From: Octopus vulgaris
Lineage: Eukaryota
Reading direction: 5' to 3'
Length of the DNA stretch: 64,000 bases
NCBI GenBank assembly: GCA_951406725.2
Contig: OX597828.1
Span: 39,618,001-39,682,000 of the forward strand
Shown here: positions 11,638 to 24,058 of the stretch, piece by piece
How the letters are laid out: every line of letters starts with the position of its first letter
How positions within the stretch are numbered: the first letter of the stretch is position 1
Notes under the pieces: generated by a model
What the model saw: the letters and a program-made list of their open reading frames with translations, nothing else
What the model was told of the DNA's origin: nothing
Database searches by the model: none
Program-made: the position numbers and the translations under genes

Positions 11638-11850
11638 GTGGCGAGATGGTAGAACTGTTAGCACATTGGACAAAATGCTTAGCAGCTTCTGTCCATCTTT
11701 ACATTCTGAGTTCAATTTCCACCAAAGTCAATTTTGCCTTTCATCCTTTTGAGGGTCAGTAAAATAGGCACCAATTGTGCACTGGGGTCGATGAAGTTGA
11801 CTTACTCCTCCTCCTAAAATTGCTGGCCCTGTGTCAAAATTTGAAACCAC
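11638..11850 (+). mobile_element. SINE family B
   Basis: GGCGAG..GGTAGAACTGTTAGCAC head, GAGTTCAATTTCC B-box-like motif, TTTGCCTTTCATCCTTT..GGGTC central domain shared with other copies. Confidence 0.8.
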
Positions 11851-12201
11851 TAATATCACCAACACCACTACTAACATTTTCATAACCAACTTCAAAGGTA
11901 TTTCTAACACCAACCACCATTTAACAACAACAACAGTATTGTTATTATTGTTGACAAAAACAAAGATAACCTTATTTTTGCCGATATTGTCATTATGGCA
12001 TTGACAACAATGATATTTGTTATCATTATTATTGACTCAAATAAAGATTGCAAAAGGTTATGGATATACCAAGAAAGCACCATGTGTGTTATAAGCATGT
12101 GTTGTAGATTGTTGTTATTGTCATTCTTAATTTAGATCTGTTTTTTTCTTTTTCCCCATGTCAACATCAAGTAAAAATCACATGTGTTTATGTCACATTA
12201 A

Positions 12202-12421
12202 CCCTTTCGTTATCAACCCGGCTGAAACCGGCTCTGGCTCTGAGTACAAATGTCTTGTTTTCATAAGTTTTGAATTAAAATCTTCCACCAAACCTTAGTC
12301 ACAATTTATGTTCCTAACACTAGTTTAATGATAACTAAGTTATTTTACTAAATTCTTTGTTATATTTAAAGTAACTGAAAGAAACACAGAGCATCTCAAA
12401 ATAAATACAGTAACGAAAGGG
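12202..12421. mobile_element. piggyBac-type MITE (family 1)
   Basis: TTAA|CCCTTTCGTTA ... TAACGAAAGGG|TTAA. A second, left-truncated copy lies at ~51106-51288. Confidence 0.88.
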
Positions 12422-12598
12422 TTAAGAGAGCCCATGCCGGTTCTATGTTAAGAGCACCTGTGCTGGTGTCACATAAAAAGCACCCATCATTTAAAAAGTA
12501 CCATGCTGGTATTATGTAAATAGCACCTGTGCTGATACAATGTAAAGAGTACCTGTGCTGGTAGCATGTAAAAAACAGCCATGCTGACACCATGTTAA

Positions 12599-12817
12599 CC
12601 CTTTAGTATTTAAACCGGCCATATCTGGCCAAAATAGTTAATCTGTTTTATGTTCAAACTGACCAGATCCAGGCCCTCACACCTACCCTACAATGTTATT
12701 CTACATTAAGTAATTACACCATCAAGATCTTGAAGATATGAGATAATGCATGATTAATTCTAATCAATGGGAATCAATAGACATTATGTTTGATTGAATA
12801 ATCTGAACACTAAAGGG
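12599..12817. mobile_element. piggyBac-type MITE (family 2)
   Basis: TTAA|CCCTTTAGT ... ACTAAAGGG|TTAA. It interrupts a tandem array of AGCACCTGTGCTGG units. Confidence 0.85.
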
Positions 12818-12862
12818 TTAAAGGCATCTGTGCTGGTGCCATGTAAAAACCACTGTGCTAAT

Positions 12863-12954
12863 GATAAAAATAATATACTGATGATTAAGTAATGTGCAAA
12901 ACGTTTTATTGATTATTTTGCACATTACTTAATCATCAGTATATTATTTTTATC
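12863..12954. repeat. Perfect 39-bp inverted repeat containing CTGATGA
   Basis: GATAAAAATAATATACTGATGATTAAGTAATGTGCAAAA and its reverse complement, separated by a 14-nt loop. Confidence 0.85.
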
Positions 12955-13151
12955 TTATATTTAATATTTCAATTATATGTAATTTTCTAGATGGTGTAAT
13001 TTAATTTTTCATTTTGAATTGATAAAAGGTGTTTTTTGTTTTCAAATTTATATATATATATTATATTTTGTGAAATTTGATTTAGTATTTCTAAATTGAA
13101 TTTTTCCCTGTAAGTTAGGTATAATATTCCCTCAAATTATTATATATATAT

Positions 13152-13303
13152 AGGCATAAGACCATGTGGTAAGAAGTATGCATCCCAAACACATGGTACT
13201 GGGTTCAGTCTGGCACATCAGGCAAGTGTCTTCTACTATAGCCCTAGATCAAGCAAAACCTTGTGAGTGGATTTGGTAGATGGAAACTGAAAGAAGCTTG
13301 TCA
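13152..13303 (+). mobile_element. SINE family A, 5' half
   Basis: Degenerate tRNA head, GGCAAGTGTCTTCTACTATAGCC, GAGTGGATTTGGTAGATGGAAACTGAAAGAAG, then (TA)n. Confidence 0.8.
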
Positions 13304-13320
13304 TATATATATATATATAT

Positions 13321-13558
13321 TGATAAAAAAAAAGTAAGACAACAAAAGAATGAAAGAGACCTCGATATTATGTAAATAGAGGAATTTATCTCTAAATGTA
13401 ATATGTGACAATCATTCGGTAGCCATGATAAAACTCCGAGTTTTGGATGCCATGGCTGGATAACTGAAGAGATAGCGGCATGGATTTCCACCTTGGCATC
13501 CGAAACTCGGAGTTTTATCATGGCTACCAAATAATTGTTACATATTACATTTACAGAT
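13321..13558 (+). mobile_element. Penelope-like fold-back insert with hammerhead at 13459-13519
   Basis: 65-bp inverted arms 13388-13452/13494-13558. GATAA-CTGAAGA..GAAA-CTCGGAG-TT-TTATC with perfect 5-bp stem I. (TA)n on both sides. Confidence 0.75.
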
Positions 13559-13582
13559 ATATATATATATATATAAATATCA

Positions 13583-13754
13583 TAATCATCATCGTTTAGC
13601 GTCTGCTTTCCATGCTAGCATGGGTTGGACAGTTCAACTGGGGTCTGGGAAGCCAGAAGGCTGCACCAGGCCCAGTCTGATCTGGCAATGTTCCTACAGC
13701 TGGATGCCCTTCCTAACGCCAACCACTCCGTGAGTGTAGTGGGTACTTTTTACG

Positions 13755-13796
<42 letters not shown>

Positions 13797-14080
13797 GCCG
13801 ATGCCAGTGTCCCCTGACTGGCTCCCATGGTGGTGGCATATAAAAAGCACTATCTGAACATGATTGATGCCAGGCCTGCCTGACTGGCTCCTATGCTGGT
13901 GGCACGTAAAATGCACCCACTACACTCTCAGAGTGGTTGGTTTTAGGAAAAGCATCCAGCTGTAGAAACATTGCCAGATCAGATTGGAGCCTTGTGCAGC
14001 CTCCTGGCTTTCCAGATCTCAGTCAAGCCATCTAACCCATGCCAGCATGGAAAACGGACGTTAAACGATGATGATGATGA
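13583..14080. mobile_element. Two RTE 3' tails in opposite orientation separated by (TA)n
   Basis: Minus tail 13583-13760 and plus tail 13793-14080, both with AGGAA(G/A)(G/A)GCATCCAGCTGTAG and (GAT)n. Confidence 0.85.
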
Positions 14081-14284
14081 TATAATATTTGTGTGTATCT
14101 TTGTGTTTGTCCCCAACCATTGCTCGACAATCAGTGATGTTGGCAAAAAGAGATTAATAGAATAAGTACAAGGTCTACAAAAAAAAAAAGACCTGGAGTC
14201 AATTTGTTCAACTAAACCCTTCGAGTCAGTGTCCCTAATATGGGCACAGTCCAGTGATTGAAACAAGTAAAAGATGAAAGACAT

Positions 14285-14315
<31 letters not shown>

Positions 14316-14777
14316 GACCCCACCTCCATTCTTCCCAGCATCCCTCTATCTTCCCCAACTCCAGATTCATTGGTATCACCCTACCCAATTTTTATATCTG
14401 CAGACTGCTTCCCCAACCCCTCATCTACTTCCCATACAATCTTGCACTCCCCACCAGCCTACCTCACTTCTATTCACTTTATGCTTTGAGGGGGCCACCT
14501 GGATACCACATCTTCCTTATCTATCTTTTCTCAGCCCCTACTGACCATTCTCTCCCTCCCCAACTATATGAGAAGATCTTCTACAAGAAGCCTCTCACAT
14601 ACTTTCATTTCTCATCCCCTAGCTTAAGGCTAACCATCCCCATCCTTAGGATTCCCATCTTCATTGTACATCCTGTTAACCAGGAGTTTTGTATGGAGTG
14701 CTAACAGGTATTTGCCTGGATTTCTTCAGTCCCTACTTCCTATCACAACACACACACACACGGCAAGTTTCCATGAA

Positions 14778-15057
14778 GGGGCATAACTGAGTGGTTAGAG
14801 TGTTGCACTCAAGATCACAAGATATGGATTTGATTCCAGATCTGAGTGGTGCATTATACCATCTCACATTACTCTGCAATCATTTCGATACCTGACAAAT
14901 GGTACACAATGCAACTCTTCAGGCAATGTTGATTTGATGAAGAAAGTGAGCTAATGTATGTGTTATACATTTGATCACTATAAACAAATAATTTGTGTAG
15001 ATTGTTAAGCAGAAAATTGCAGAACAGTCTTTCTTGGACTAGAAGAGGATACCATCA
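14778..15057 (+). mobile_element. Degenerate tRNA-derived SINE
   Basis: GGGGCATAACTGAGTGGTTAGAGTGTTGCACTCAAGATCACAAGAT..GATTTGATTCC tRNA-like head. Confidence 0.5.
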
Positions 15058-15150
15058 TAAATTTCCAACAACTGAATTTTGCTCACAGGCCAAAGGTTCA
15101 ACACAGCAAGATTGAATCCAGAACCGTTTCATTGTCAAATTACAACTTAC

Positions 15151-15293
15151 CTTCTTTATGCTTGTCTTTGACGCAGGGTAAGACAAGATGTCGTGAAAGA
15201 ATTGGTGGACTGGCTATATCGGCAATATCCAAAAAGCCGCAGATTTCTAATTTGGAACCAATTTTGGCATCGATAATGTCAAAGTCTTTTACT
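15151..15293 (-). CDS. INTS14: Integrator complex subunit 14, coding exon 4 (not in the ORF track)
   Basis: Acceptor acttcAG, donor GTAAGT, 143 nt, accepts phase 2 from the previous exon. Encodes (K)VKDFDIIDAKIGSKLEICGFLDIADIASPPILSRHLVLPCVKDKHKE, matching human LEIVGFIDIADISSPPVLSRHLVLP as recalled. Confidence 0.93.
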
Positions 15294-16029
15294 CTGAAGT
15301 GAGAAGATGAAGAAATGGTGACATGAAAGATAGCTTTAAAGTGAGTTCAAGGAAGTAGACTGAAATTTTTTAAATGTTGGTAAAAATTGGTTATTTTTAA
15401 AAAATAAAACTATTCTTTTGTCAAAACTAATTTAGAACTGAATATAGAATGCATTTACGTATTTCAGTCAAATGTGAGTGCAAGAACACATGAAAGAGAA
15501 TCAGACAACTGGAGTAATATGTAAGAGAGACAGATTAAAAATGTTTCATTACTAACAAGTAAAGATGTCCACGCTGTAAAATGGTTGGCATTTGGAAGGG
15601 CATCCAACTGTAAAAACCCTGCTAAAACTGACTTTGCTTGTGTTCATGTCATGTAAAAAAGCACTCAGTCCATTCTGTTAGTGGCTGGTGTTAGGAAGGG
15701 GATCCAGCCATAAAAATCATGCCAGAACAGACACACAAGTCTGGTGCAGTCTTCTGCTTGGCCAGCTCCTATAAAACTGTCCAACCCATGCCAGCATGGA
15801 AGGCGAATGTTAAATGATGATGATGAACAAGAGTTCTGCCAGTCACTTGTACAGCATGTTGAAAAAACCAGCCAAACTTTATTTCCTTCAATCCATATCA
15901 TAGCAAGGAATGTACTAGAAAACATAGTCCACACACACTACGTTTGAATAAAACAGATGAGATGGTCATGGTTGGAATAGCTTGGGTATTAGGGAGTCTC
16001 TCCAGGTCAACCCACTACTTCTCTGCACT

Positions 16030-16280
16030 AAGGAGTCACAGGTCTGGTATTATGAACAAATAGTTAGAATGATGTATAAAAGAATAACAAAATGGATTCT
16101 TCAAGCTGAGCCAACCAGCAAGAGACCAAGGGGTAGACCAAGAATGATTATGGTTGGATAATATCCTTAGTCTCAATTGGTCACACTTTGCAATCCAGGT
16201 GGAAAATGTAATGATTGCTGCTTCTGATAGGTCACTATGGGGGAGGTGCTGAGGACTCTACCCATAATACCCTTCCATGG
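16030..16280 (+). mobile_element. Degenerate RTE-like 3' ORF fragment
   Basis: Translates in part to KRITKWILQAEPTSKRPRGRPR, the RTE C-terminal RPRGRPR motif. Confidence 0.55.
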
Positions 16281-16293
16281 GGCTGTATATGTA

Positions 16294-16668
16294 TTCTTTT
16301 ATTTGTTTCAGTCATTTGACTGAGACCATGCTGGGGTACCACCTTGAAGGGTTTTAGTCAAACAAATCGACCCTAGGACTTTCTTTTAAAGCCTAGTATC
16401 CATTCTATCATCCCTTCTTTGCTGAACTGCTAAGTTACAGGGATGCAAACACACAAACACCAGTTGTCAAGCAGTGGTGGGGTACAAACACACACACATA
16501 GATATATACATATATGACGGGCTTCTTTCAGTTTCCATCAACCAAATCCACTCACAAGGCTTTGGTTGGCTTGAGGCTATAGTAGAAGATACTTTCCCAA
16601 AATTTCATGTAGTGGGACTGAACCTGGAACCATGTGGTTGGGAAGCAAACTTCTTATCACACAGCCAC
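16294..16668 (-). mobile_element. SINE family A
   Basis: Colinear with 8611-9028. Confidence 0.85.
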
Positions 16669-16823
16669 TTTTCTATATATATTGTGTTTGTGCCTCAAGG
16701 GTGAGCTTGGAAGAGCAGGAAAGTAAGAAGGCAATGGGAAACCACTATTATATTTCTTTCAAGAAAACTCATGAACCTTCAGCATGAGGGTCCACGATTA
16801 CCAACAGCTGTAAAACTGTCAAG

Positions 16824-16911
<88 letters not shown>

Positions 16912-18659
16912 ATGGTCATATATTTTTTCCATAAGGAAGATGAAGAAGGGCAGGAAGTTCTTAGACTAGAGACCTGAGCCAAATGCTTGTAACAGAGTGT
17001 ACTCTACTAACAGGAATTCAAGATCAGAAACAGTTCCTCTGATGGGCTTCCTCACAGTTTCCATCTACCAAACTTCCCTCATGCAGAGGTACTGAACCCA
17101 AAACCATAAGAAGAGAATTACTGTTCTGTTTAGTTCATTAGATTGATTAAGCCATAATGAGAAAGGCCATGCTGGAACACTGCTTTTATGTATGTATATA
17201 AAGAGACGTGTGTTATTTAAAAACCCCCCCCAAAAAAAAAAAAATAGACGTAGATTGAAAGGAAAGTCAAAGACCAAGGGGCAGCCAAAACAAGTGAAAA
17301 CAGAGTTAAAGAAAGAGGAACATACACTGCTATCAAGAAACAGCCATGGATGGATGGACGGATGAACTGATAGATAGAGATACAGAAATAGATAGACTGA
17401 GTATTTGACACTGTAACTAATTAAATGGTAGGTACAGAAGATAACAACATCAGGTGAACAATAGCAGATAAGAAGAAGAAGCATTTGTCATTTTGTTTCT
17501 TTGTTATTTACTGATTTTATGTTCATTATAATCCTTGTTTTGATATTTGCAATATGTTGAACATATTTTTAAAAAATGTTGAGGAAAGGCCAAAGTGTCA
17601 GTAGGAGTGTTAAGTGGTCTCCATAAGTCAAACATATGATTAGGTAAAGTTAGTCAAGCAAGGAAGAGCAGTGTTGATGTGTTTAGCAAACTATCATCCC
17701 ATATTGGTATAGAGCCCAATCTAAATATATACAGGACAATGTCCTAATGATAAACCGGTAAACACGGTCTGGTTTACATTCTTGCAACAGAATGGCATCT
17801 ATTAAAGACATTAAAAAAAAAATAGGCAGGAATTTTGTTGTTGAACCCCAAGTCATTCTGACTGAACAGATATATGCAGACAGGCATTCCAGTTATGACA
17901 ATCCTGTCGTTCCCTCTTCACCCTCTCTCTCTTTTGTGTTTTTGTCAATTTTGTCAAGACACAGTCTACCATGGACAACTATGAGATTTTTTCCTCTTTA
18001 AGATGTTAGGATATGATTAAATGTGATGTAGGTTTGTTAGTGTCAGAAGTAGAAGGAGATTTTTTTCTGCAGTCTTTGTTGTAAACCAAAGCAGTCCGTA
18101 AGCTGTTGTGTGTGATAACATGCAGTGTCTATTGTCTGGTTATGAAACCAATCCTAAAAATGGACATTGAAGTTTGAAGTTCACTATAAACATAATCTAT
18201 TGTTCGTTGAACTCAAAATATCTTGCTTCAAGTACTTTGACAAGGTCCTTGAGTCAAAGTGGTTCAATAGCTCCATTTTAGTGCAGAGTGGTTTGTTGGC
18301 AGCTCTGATAAGCCATTTCTAGATAGAAAGTAATAGTGAGTTGTATTAGTTCCAGATCTGTTGGGCCTTTTCTAGGGTCCATGCATGCACACAGATACAG
18401 ACCTGAGTGTGTGTGTGTGTGTGTTCTTATGAGAGGGATATACATAAAAGTGTGTGTGTGTGAATGTTTGTATACAGACATATAAATGTGTATTAAATTT
18501 TTATCCAAAATAATACTTTTTTAAATTTGGAAAATTTGTTCAGACCCCACCCCACCACTTTCTATTACCAAGTGGTGAACTACATCAACTTAGCAAGAAT
18601 ATGAAATCAAATAACTCTTTACTATAAGTAAAAGCTTCAAACATACTTTATATCACTAT

Positions 18660-19258
18660 CATCATCATCACCATCATCATCATTTAATGTCCACGTTCCA
18701 TTCTGACACGGGTTAGATGTCTTGACTGGAACTGGTAAGTCAGAGAGCCACACCAGGCTGCAGTCTAAATTTTGCTTGGTTTCTATGGTCGAATACCCTT
18801 CCTAACAACAACCACTGTGAGAGCTTAGTGGGTGCTTGCTACATATCACCAGCATGGGTGCTTTTACATGTCACCTACACCGGCCACAACTATGATTTTG
18901 CTTGGCTTGGCGAGTATTCTCAAACACAGCAAGTTGCCAAAGGTCACAAACACTTGTCATCGTCTCCACGAGACCCCACATGCTTCACCACTTCGTCCCA
19001 TGTCTTCCTGGGTCTACCTCTTCCACAGGTTCCCTCCACAGTTAGAAATCAGCACTTCTTTATGCAGCTGTCCTCATCCATATGCATCACATGGCCATGC
19101 CAGCACAGATGCCTCTCTTGCACACCATGCCTCTTATGGCCAATTTTTCTCTCAAGATGTTTACACTCAGTTTTACATGCACACTGCACATCCAGTGGAG
19201 CATACTAGATTAATTTCTTTCGATCCTTCGCATGTCTTCTACCATCACAGACCATGCC
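18660..19258 (-). mobile_element. RTE 3' fragment (ORF end plus tail), degenerate
   Basis: Reverse complement matches AGAGGTAGACCCAGGAAGACATGGGACGAAGTGGTGAAGCA and the (GAT)n tail of the 592-2850 element. Confidence 0.8.
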
Positions 19259-19362
19259 CCCCACCCACCATACACAGAGCAATTTCCATCTCTATACATT
19301 CAAAATTAACCATCCTGACAAAAGATAAAGTAAACGAAACAGTAGTAATGTAACATAGAGAT

Positions 19363-19815
19363 ATGGCACCTGTGCCAGTGGCATGTAAAAAGCACCCATT
19401 ACACTCACGGAGTGGTTGGCGTTAGGAAGGGCATCCAGCTGTAGAAACATTGCCAGATCAGACTGGGCCTGGTGCAGCCTTCTGGCTTCCCAGACCCCAG
19501 TTGAACCGTCCAACCCATGCCAGCATGGAAAGCGGACGCTAAATGATGATGATATACACATAAAGATAAGCGTATTAAAAGGAAAAAAACAATGAAGTTA
19601 CACACAGGTAACTTAACATATACAGAAATAGGGTGAATGTGGAACCTGATCTGCCATTGAACCTGACATTCCGAACATAGTATCAATACGCTTATCTTTA
19701 TGTGTATATCATCATCATTTAGCGTCCGCTTTCCATGCTGGCATGGGTTGGACGGTTCAACTGTCCAACCCATGCTAGCATGGAAAGCGGACGCTAAACG
19801 ATGATTATGACGATG
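19363..19815. mobile_element. RTE tail with local inverted duplication
   Basis: Plus tail 19363-19553, perfect inverted copy 19685-19763, then a third plus tail piece to ~19815. Confidence 0.85.
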
Positions 19816-20081
19816 AAGAGAAGAGCTGAACTTGAAGTGTCTGAGAGAAATTCTAATAAGAGCCACAACCTACAATACATCAGTGGAAAGATCTTTAAGA
19901 AAGCCCAAATGTACCAAGAGCTTTTTAACATCTATCATGTCCCTAACGAAACTTGTTGATTTAGCAAAACTGAATATTGACTCAAACATTGAAAGAGAAA
20001 TTGATTGATAGTTTTCCGGGAAATTTCACAGATATATGTGTATATAATAAAATCAATAACCTAGTTATATGCACAAGCATG

Positions 20082-20133
<52 letters not shown>

Positions 20134-20169
20134 ACGTGTTTGTATGTGTATATATATATGTATATATAG

Positions 20170-20325
20170 TGGAAATTTACAGATAAACAAATGACGAAGA
20201 TAGGTTTATAAGCAACAAGCAGGTGTATTAATCTGATGCTCGGAAAGGTGAGTAAGTCCTTTACGTTTTGAGCCAACACTCTTCAACAAGGAACATGAGG
20301 AAATAAAGAGAGAGAATACAAAAAG
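20170..20325 (-). mobile_element. Penelope-like pLTR fragment with decayed hammerhead
   Basis: Minus strand TTGTTGAAGAGTGTTGGCTCAAAACGTAAAGG, a decayed form of the GAAGAGC..GCTCGAAACGTA motif. Abuts (TA)/(TG). Confidence 0.5.
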
Positions 20326-20331
20326 TTGTGG

Positions 20332-21262
20332 CCAAGTCAGTAATGGGGATGCTAGAATAAGAATAGCCTGAGCAAAGGTCAGAGAGCTCCTACCTCTGCT
20401 GGTAACAAAGGGCCTCTTATTCAGAGTGAAAGACAGACTGCATGATGCTTGTGTGCAAACAATCATGCTACACCGCAGTGAAACATGGGTTGTGACTGCT
20501 GAAGACATGCATGGGGTTGAAAGAAATGAAGCTGGTATGCTCTGCTGGATGTGTAATGTCTGTGCATACATGACAGAGTGTGAGCGCCCTGAGAGAAAAG
20601 TTGGACATATGAGAGACATCAGATGTGGTGTGCAAGAGAGACGACTGTGATGGTATGGTCATGTGATGCATATGGATGAAGACAGCTGTGTGAAGAAGTG
20701 TCACACTCTAACAGTGGAGGGAACCTATAGAAGAGGTAGACCCAGGAAGACATGGGATGAGGTGGTGAAGTACAACTTTTGAATGGTTGGCCTCACAGAG
20801 GCAATGACAAGCGACTGAGACCTTTGGAGATATGCTGTGCTTGAGAAGACCCAGCAAGCCAAGTGAGACCATAGTTGTGGCCGGTGCCAGTGTTGTATAA
20901 CTGGCCCATTTAAAAACACCCTTTAAGTGTAGGGCAATATGCTGTGCTTGTGAAGACCTGTTGAACTGAGTGAAATTTTAAGTCGTGGCCAATGCCAGTG
21001 CTACCTGACTAGCACCCGTACATAAAAAGCACTATTTGAGCATGGCCAATACCAGTACTGCCTGACTAACCCCCCATGCTGGTGGCACGTAAAAAGCACC
21101 CACTACACTCTTCGAGTGGTTGGCATTAGGGAGGGCATCCAGTTATAGAAACTTTGCCAAATCAGATTGGAACCTGGTACAGCCTCCTGGATTGCCAGTC
21201 CTCAGTCAAACTTTCCAACTCATGCCAGCATGGAAAATGGACATTAAATGACGATGACAATG
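20332..21262 (+). mobile_element. RTE LINE 3' fragment
   Basis: ORF piece KDRLHDACVQTIMLHRSETWVVTAEDM homologous to 1847-2308, with the same 3' UTR and tail. Confidence 0.88.
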
Positions 21263-22011
21263 ATATATATATGTGTGTGTGTGTATCTGTGTTCATGTTT
21301 GTCCTCCACAACCACCACTTAACAAGAGCTGGTTTGTTTACATCCATTTCACTTATCAAGTTAACAAAAGAGGCTGTTTGAACAAGTACCATGCTTTCAA
21401 AAATAAGTGCCAAGGTCAATTCTTTCAACTTATCTGATCATTCTGGTGCACACAATATAAAGCATTTACGAAATTTAGTTGTAATCCTAATCAGATAGTC
21501 TGAGAATAGCCATTAATGTTCAATTATGCATTCATAACCAGATACCAAAAGCAGGCCTTAGTCATATACATATTATAACCATATTTTATCTACATCAAAG
21601 GAAGAAAGACCTAAAACTGTATTTCAACTCACACCGTTATCATCATTCATTTAATGACCACATTAAACTGCCAATATGCAAATACACACATACATATACA
21701 CACACATGTATGTATATGCATATATGAGTATAAATGTATGTGTATGTGTGTCTCCTTGTTTTGACATCACACAACAGTTGTAAATGAGTGTCAAGCTTCC
21801 GTGAAAACATGTCCAGCTTTGAGGACTATTGCTTTAGTTGAAAAGAGGTGAAGTTTGATGACAGGCAGGGTAGCTGGCTGTAGAAAATCTGCCTCAATGA
21901 ATCCCATCTGACCTATGCGAGCATGGAAAAGTGGGCATTAAAACGATAAAACAGTGATGTGTTATAATTTAGTTCTAAATACATTGCTGAATTTTAATAT
22001 ACAGATATTAT

Positions 22012-22487
22012 AAAGTGAAAGTGAAAATCAAAATCAAAATCAAACCAAATCAAATCAGATATCAGATCAACATCAATGGAAATTGCAGCTGTGATACCAG
22101 TGCCAGTGACAAGTAAGCGAACCATCCAATCGTGGCCATTGCCAGCGCCGCCCCGACTGGCCTCCGTGCCGGTGGCACGTAAAAAGCACCATCCGATTGT
22201 GGCCGTTGCCAGCCTCGCCTGGCCCCCGTGCTGGTGGCACGTAAAAAGCACCATCCGTCCATGGCCGTTTGCCAGCTCCGTCTGGCACCTGTGCGGGTGG
22301 CACGTAAAAAGCACTCACTACACTCACGGAGTGGTTGGCGTTAGGAAGGGCATCCAGCCGTAGAAACACTGCCAGATCAGATTGGGCCTGATGCAGCCTC
22401 CTGGCTTCCCAGACCCCAGTTGAACTGTCCAACCCATGCTAGCAATGGAAAGCGGACGCTAAATGATGATGATGATGATGATGATGA
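22012..22487 (+). mobile_element. RTE 3' UTR copy with three ~60-bp array units
   Basis: (AAATC)n, repeated GGTGGCACGTAAAAAGCACC units, conserved tail and (GAT)n. Confidence 0.88.
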
Positions 22488-23462
22488 GATACTTTATATA
22501 TCAACCAAAGTTATGTACCGACATATATGAAAGAGAAATATATAGTCACTATCAAGATAGTAGAAGATAGAGTACAAATACAAACAGGCAACAGAATGGA
22601 CAAGAAAACATAAGAAACAAAAAACATACAGGTTATAAGGCATTGTAATGGATTTAGGGTTGTTTTGTGCATCTTTTCTCCATCTTACACTGTAAAGTGG
22701 CGGTTGTTAGAAAGGGCATACAGCCATAATAACCATGCCAAATCAGACTGGGGTCTGGTGGAGTTCCCTAGCTTGCTAGCTCTAGTCAAATTGTCCAACT
22801 CATACCAGCACAGACAATGGACATCAAATAATGATGATGATGATAATGGACTTCAATACAAATCTGCTCAGAGTTCAGTATATTTAAAGCAGAGCATTTT
22901 CCAGCCACCATGATCAGCTGCAGAATCTGTGATACACCTTCTGATTTTGCTTCATAAAGTCTTTATATCACTTCAGATGTGCTCAAAGAGAACACTTACC
23001 ACTAGCAAACTGGCCATAGAAGACTACTTTAAGAATAAGATTTTTTTTCTTTTTTGCATCTGAGCCATGTGACTACACCAGTGAAGTTGATGTCTTGTTA
23101 GGCAATGCCTACACGCCACTGACTAAACAGCAAGATAGGAGTTCTGTATTTTCTTACCATGAAGACGGAAACTAATTTTTATTTGCCAAACATATTTTCC
23201 AGCATACATGTCGAATTTTTCAGACCTAAAATTTACAGCCATGAAGGTGGGTTGACTTATACACCAAGATAAATTTGGAGGAACAAAATTATGAGTAAAA
23301 TGCAGCAGGACTTGAAAAGACAGTGATGATGTTTCAATGTTACAGTACATGTTTACACTGTATACTACACTGAATTGTATGCAGGAAAACATGGTATAAT
23401 ACAGGATCCATAATTTTGTCTCATACAATAACAAAATTAGTACCATAAACTGGGCATATAAT

Positions 23463-23679
23463 CTTTTCTACTTTAGGCACAAAGCCTGAAATTTTTGATG
23501 AGGGGGCCAGTCAATTAGATCGACCCCAGTTTACAACTGGTATTTAATTTATTGACCCCGAAAGGATGAAAGGCAAAGTTGGCCTCGACGGAATTTGAAC
23601 TCAGAATGTAAAGACAGACAAAATACTGCTAAGCATTTCGCCTGGTGTGCTAATGGTTCTGCCAGCTCGGAACCTTTAG
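23463..23679 (-). mobile_element. SINE family B flanked by a 24-bp direct repeat
   Basis: AGTACCATAAACTGGGCATATAAT at 23439-23462 and 23680-23703. Confidence 0.88.
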
Positions 23680-24058
23680 AGTACCATAAACTGGGCATAT
23701 AATAAAGGAGAAATATGTGGTACACATCATAAAATATACATATCTCGAGAGACTGAAAACTTTAAAATTTCAATCCCTATATCAATGTAGCAGTATGCCT
23801 TCCGAAGGTTCAAACCAAAAATAAACTAACTACAAATACACAGAGATGAAAACAAATGCACACAATTAAATTCAGAAACTAAGACAAAATATACAGGCAA
23901 ATATTTAACAGAATTAAACAGAACACAGAATATATATTTTAAGAAACTTTGAACTTCAATATTTATTTGCCTATGCATTTAATTCCCCATTTAAATCTTA
24001 CTCATATTTTTCAAAACTCCCCACAAATAGTAAAAGGATTATTAAAATTGGTTTGATT

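Noticed and set aside
14310-14740. Possible Penelope RT remnant (YKKPLTYFHFSS)
   Set aside because: Only a faint motif resemblance, too decayed to call.
1-15150. Further INTS14 exons (expected LLHGSLKVE and SKKKSNL motifs)
   Set aside because: Not found by eye. They probably lie outside the window, though a short exon could have been missed.
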